DNA from: Tubulanus polymorphus
Taxonomy: Eukaryota; Animalia; Nemertea
Assembly (NCBI RefSeq): GCF_964204645.1
Contig: NC_134026.1
Coordinates: 23,904,150-23,968,149, forward strand
DNA: 64,000 nt
Direction of reading: 5' to 3'
Both the position numbers and the translations under genes were made by a program. The notes beneath the pieces are model-generated. The model had not been told where the DNA came from and did no database searches. It was given only the letters and a program-made list of their open reading frames with translations. Every line of letters starts with the position of its first letter. The stretch's first letter is position 1. Positions 55,880-64,000 of this stretch are shown here, piece by piece.

Positions 55880-56289
55880 TTATCAGCGCGTACACCTCTC
55901 CCTGGCTCGTGTGCATTCCCATAATTCCTCGCGTAGACGAAGTGCACCGTTGACAAAAATAGTACCCATTGAATTCTACCTATTGTCCGTTTATTGAGCG
56001 CTGAATTTAGAGCAAGGGCAATGAATCGTAAATAAATAGTTTTTAATTTTCTCCTGCGCCGTATGTTAATAGATATATACGCCGACTCGGCGAAGGGTTT
56101 CTAGATACGCGGATTAATTTCAATAATTTTTGACACCGATAATGGACGGATAAGAGAACACGAAGCTGAATTGATGGATGAATATAAATCGCTGGCTTTT
56201 TAACGGAGATTTACGCAGATTAGCTTACCTTTTACCCGCCTAGAATACGAACAATATATTCGACCTAAAGTCTTCCATCGGAATTCATC

Positions 56290-63018
<6,729 letters not shown>

Positions 63019-64000
63019 CTTATGTGCTAGAAATGATCGAAAAAAGGCGAATGAGCGAGCAGTGTCGAGTCTTGGGACGCATTTTGTGCTCAGACGTCTC
63101 CCAGCTCAGATGATTCAACGAATTAACTATAAAGAGGTCACACAGGCATACACCCACATATCAGGCAGAAATGACAGAACTCCTAACGTTTTCATCTATT
63201 ACTTTAACATACATTGCTAGTACTGTTGAAAAATCGACTGAACGTATGATTACGAATATTGTCAATGTTCGCAATATACCAGCGGAGAATATTCTTTAGA
63301 AGTATTGTTCATCTGCATGATGATATCTTACGCGATTCGATAATTAAATGAACTGTTGAAGACGATGTTACACGATGCACTGGTGATGATTGATCGTAAT
63401 GTCATTGATAACGAAACTAAAAATGACATATCATCTAATCGCGTGGCTGTCATTCTGTATAGCAGCCGTGAAATAGATGGGCAATCATTGTAGGTTCTGA
63501 TATTTTAAAAAAGTACTTCAGTAATAAGATGCGTATTACTTGCCATTTTGAATCGAGCGGAATTTTGCGGCACATTGCTGTACTAATTGTCATAACTAAC
63601 GAAACGTTGCAATTGTCTGATTTTAAGATGTTAAGACTTGTGTTCCTTCGATTTTTGTTGATTTACTGAAAGATGTGTCGTTCGGTCAAGAGAAATGTAT
63701 CCAACCTGTATTGCTGTATGATAATATTGATATTATTCCTATGTACTATGGTGTATACATTTCCTAATCTGCTTAGATGAGACTGGTTTGAAAATTCTAT
63801 GTAAACATATTTCATCTCTTGACTGCTACGGTTACTCAAGTTATAATGTAGAGTTTGTCCAACAAATATTGTGCAAAAACGACTCCAGAACGTTGAGGAT
63901 GTCTTTAATATTAATGCCTTTCGCCAAAGACTAGTAGGGGAGTACTATATGTTTCTGTTTAAATAAATGATATATAGTCTAATATAAATTCTAATTTAAT

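Overview
Gene-dense, AT-rich eukaryotic (invertebrate, probably lophotrochozoan-like) genomic DNA with short GT-AG introns. Reading splice sites by hand gives eight recognisable multi-exon genes: ESCO1/2-type cohesin acetyltransferase (-), DDX43-like KH/DEAD-box helicase (-), FRRS1-like ferric-chelate reductase A (+), NipSnap (-), CCDC42/CFAP73-like (-), Tektin-2 (+), FRRS1-like B with two DOMON domains (-), and the PKA catalytic subunit (+). There are also several MITEs and a possible unknown spliced gene at about 48.4-50.4 kb. The first ~12 kb has no gene I can identify confidently. The most striking structure is repeated tandem exon duplication. (i) Three 127-nt, equal-phase, intact copies of the PKA catalytic-loop exon form an apparent three-way mutually exclusive cassette, alongside candidate alternative N-terminal exons. 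(ii) NipSnap carries two 92-nt mutually exclusive exon copies. (iii) DDX43 has three single-exon CCHC zinc knuckles inserted between its KH and helicase domains. All exon coordinates are manual and need RNA-seq confirmation.
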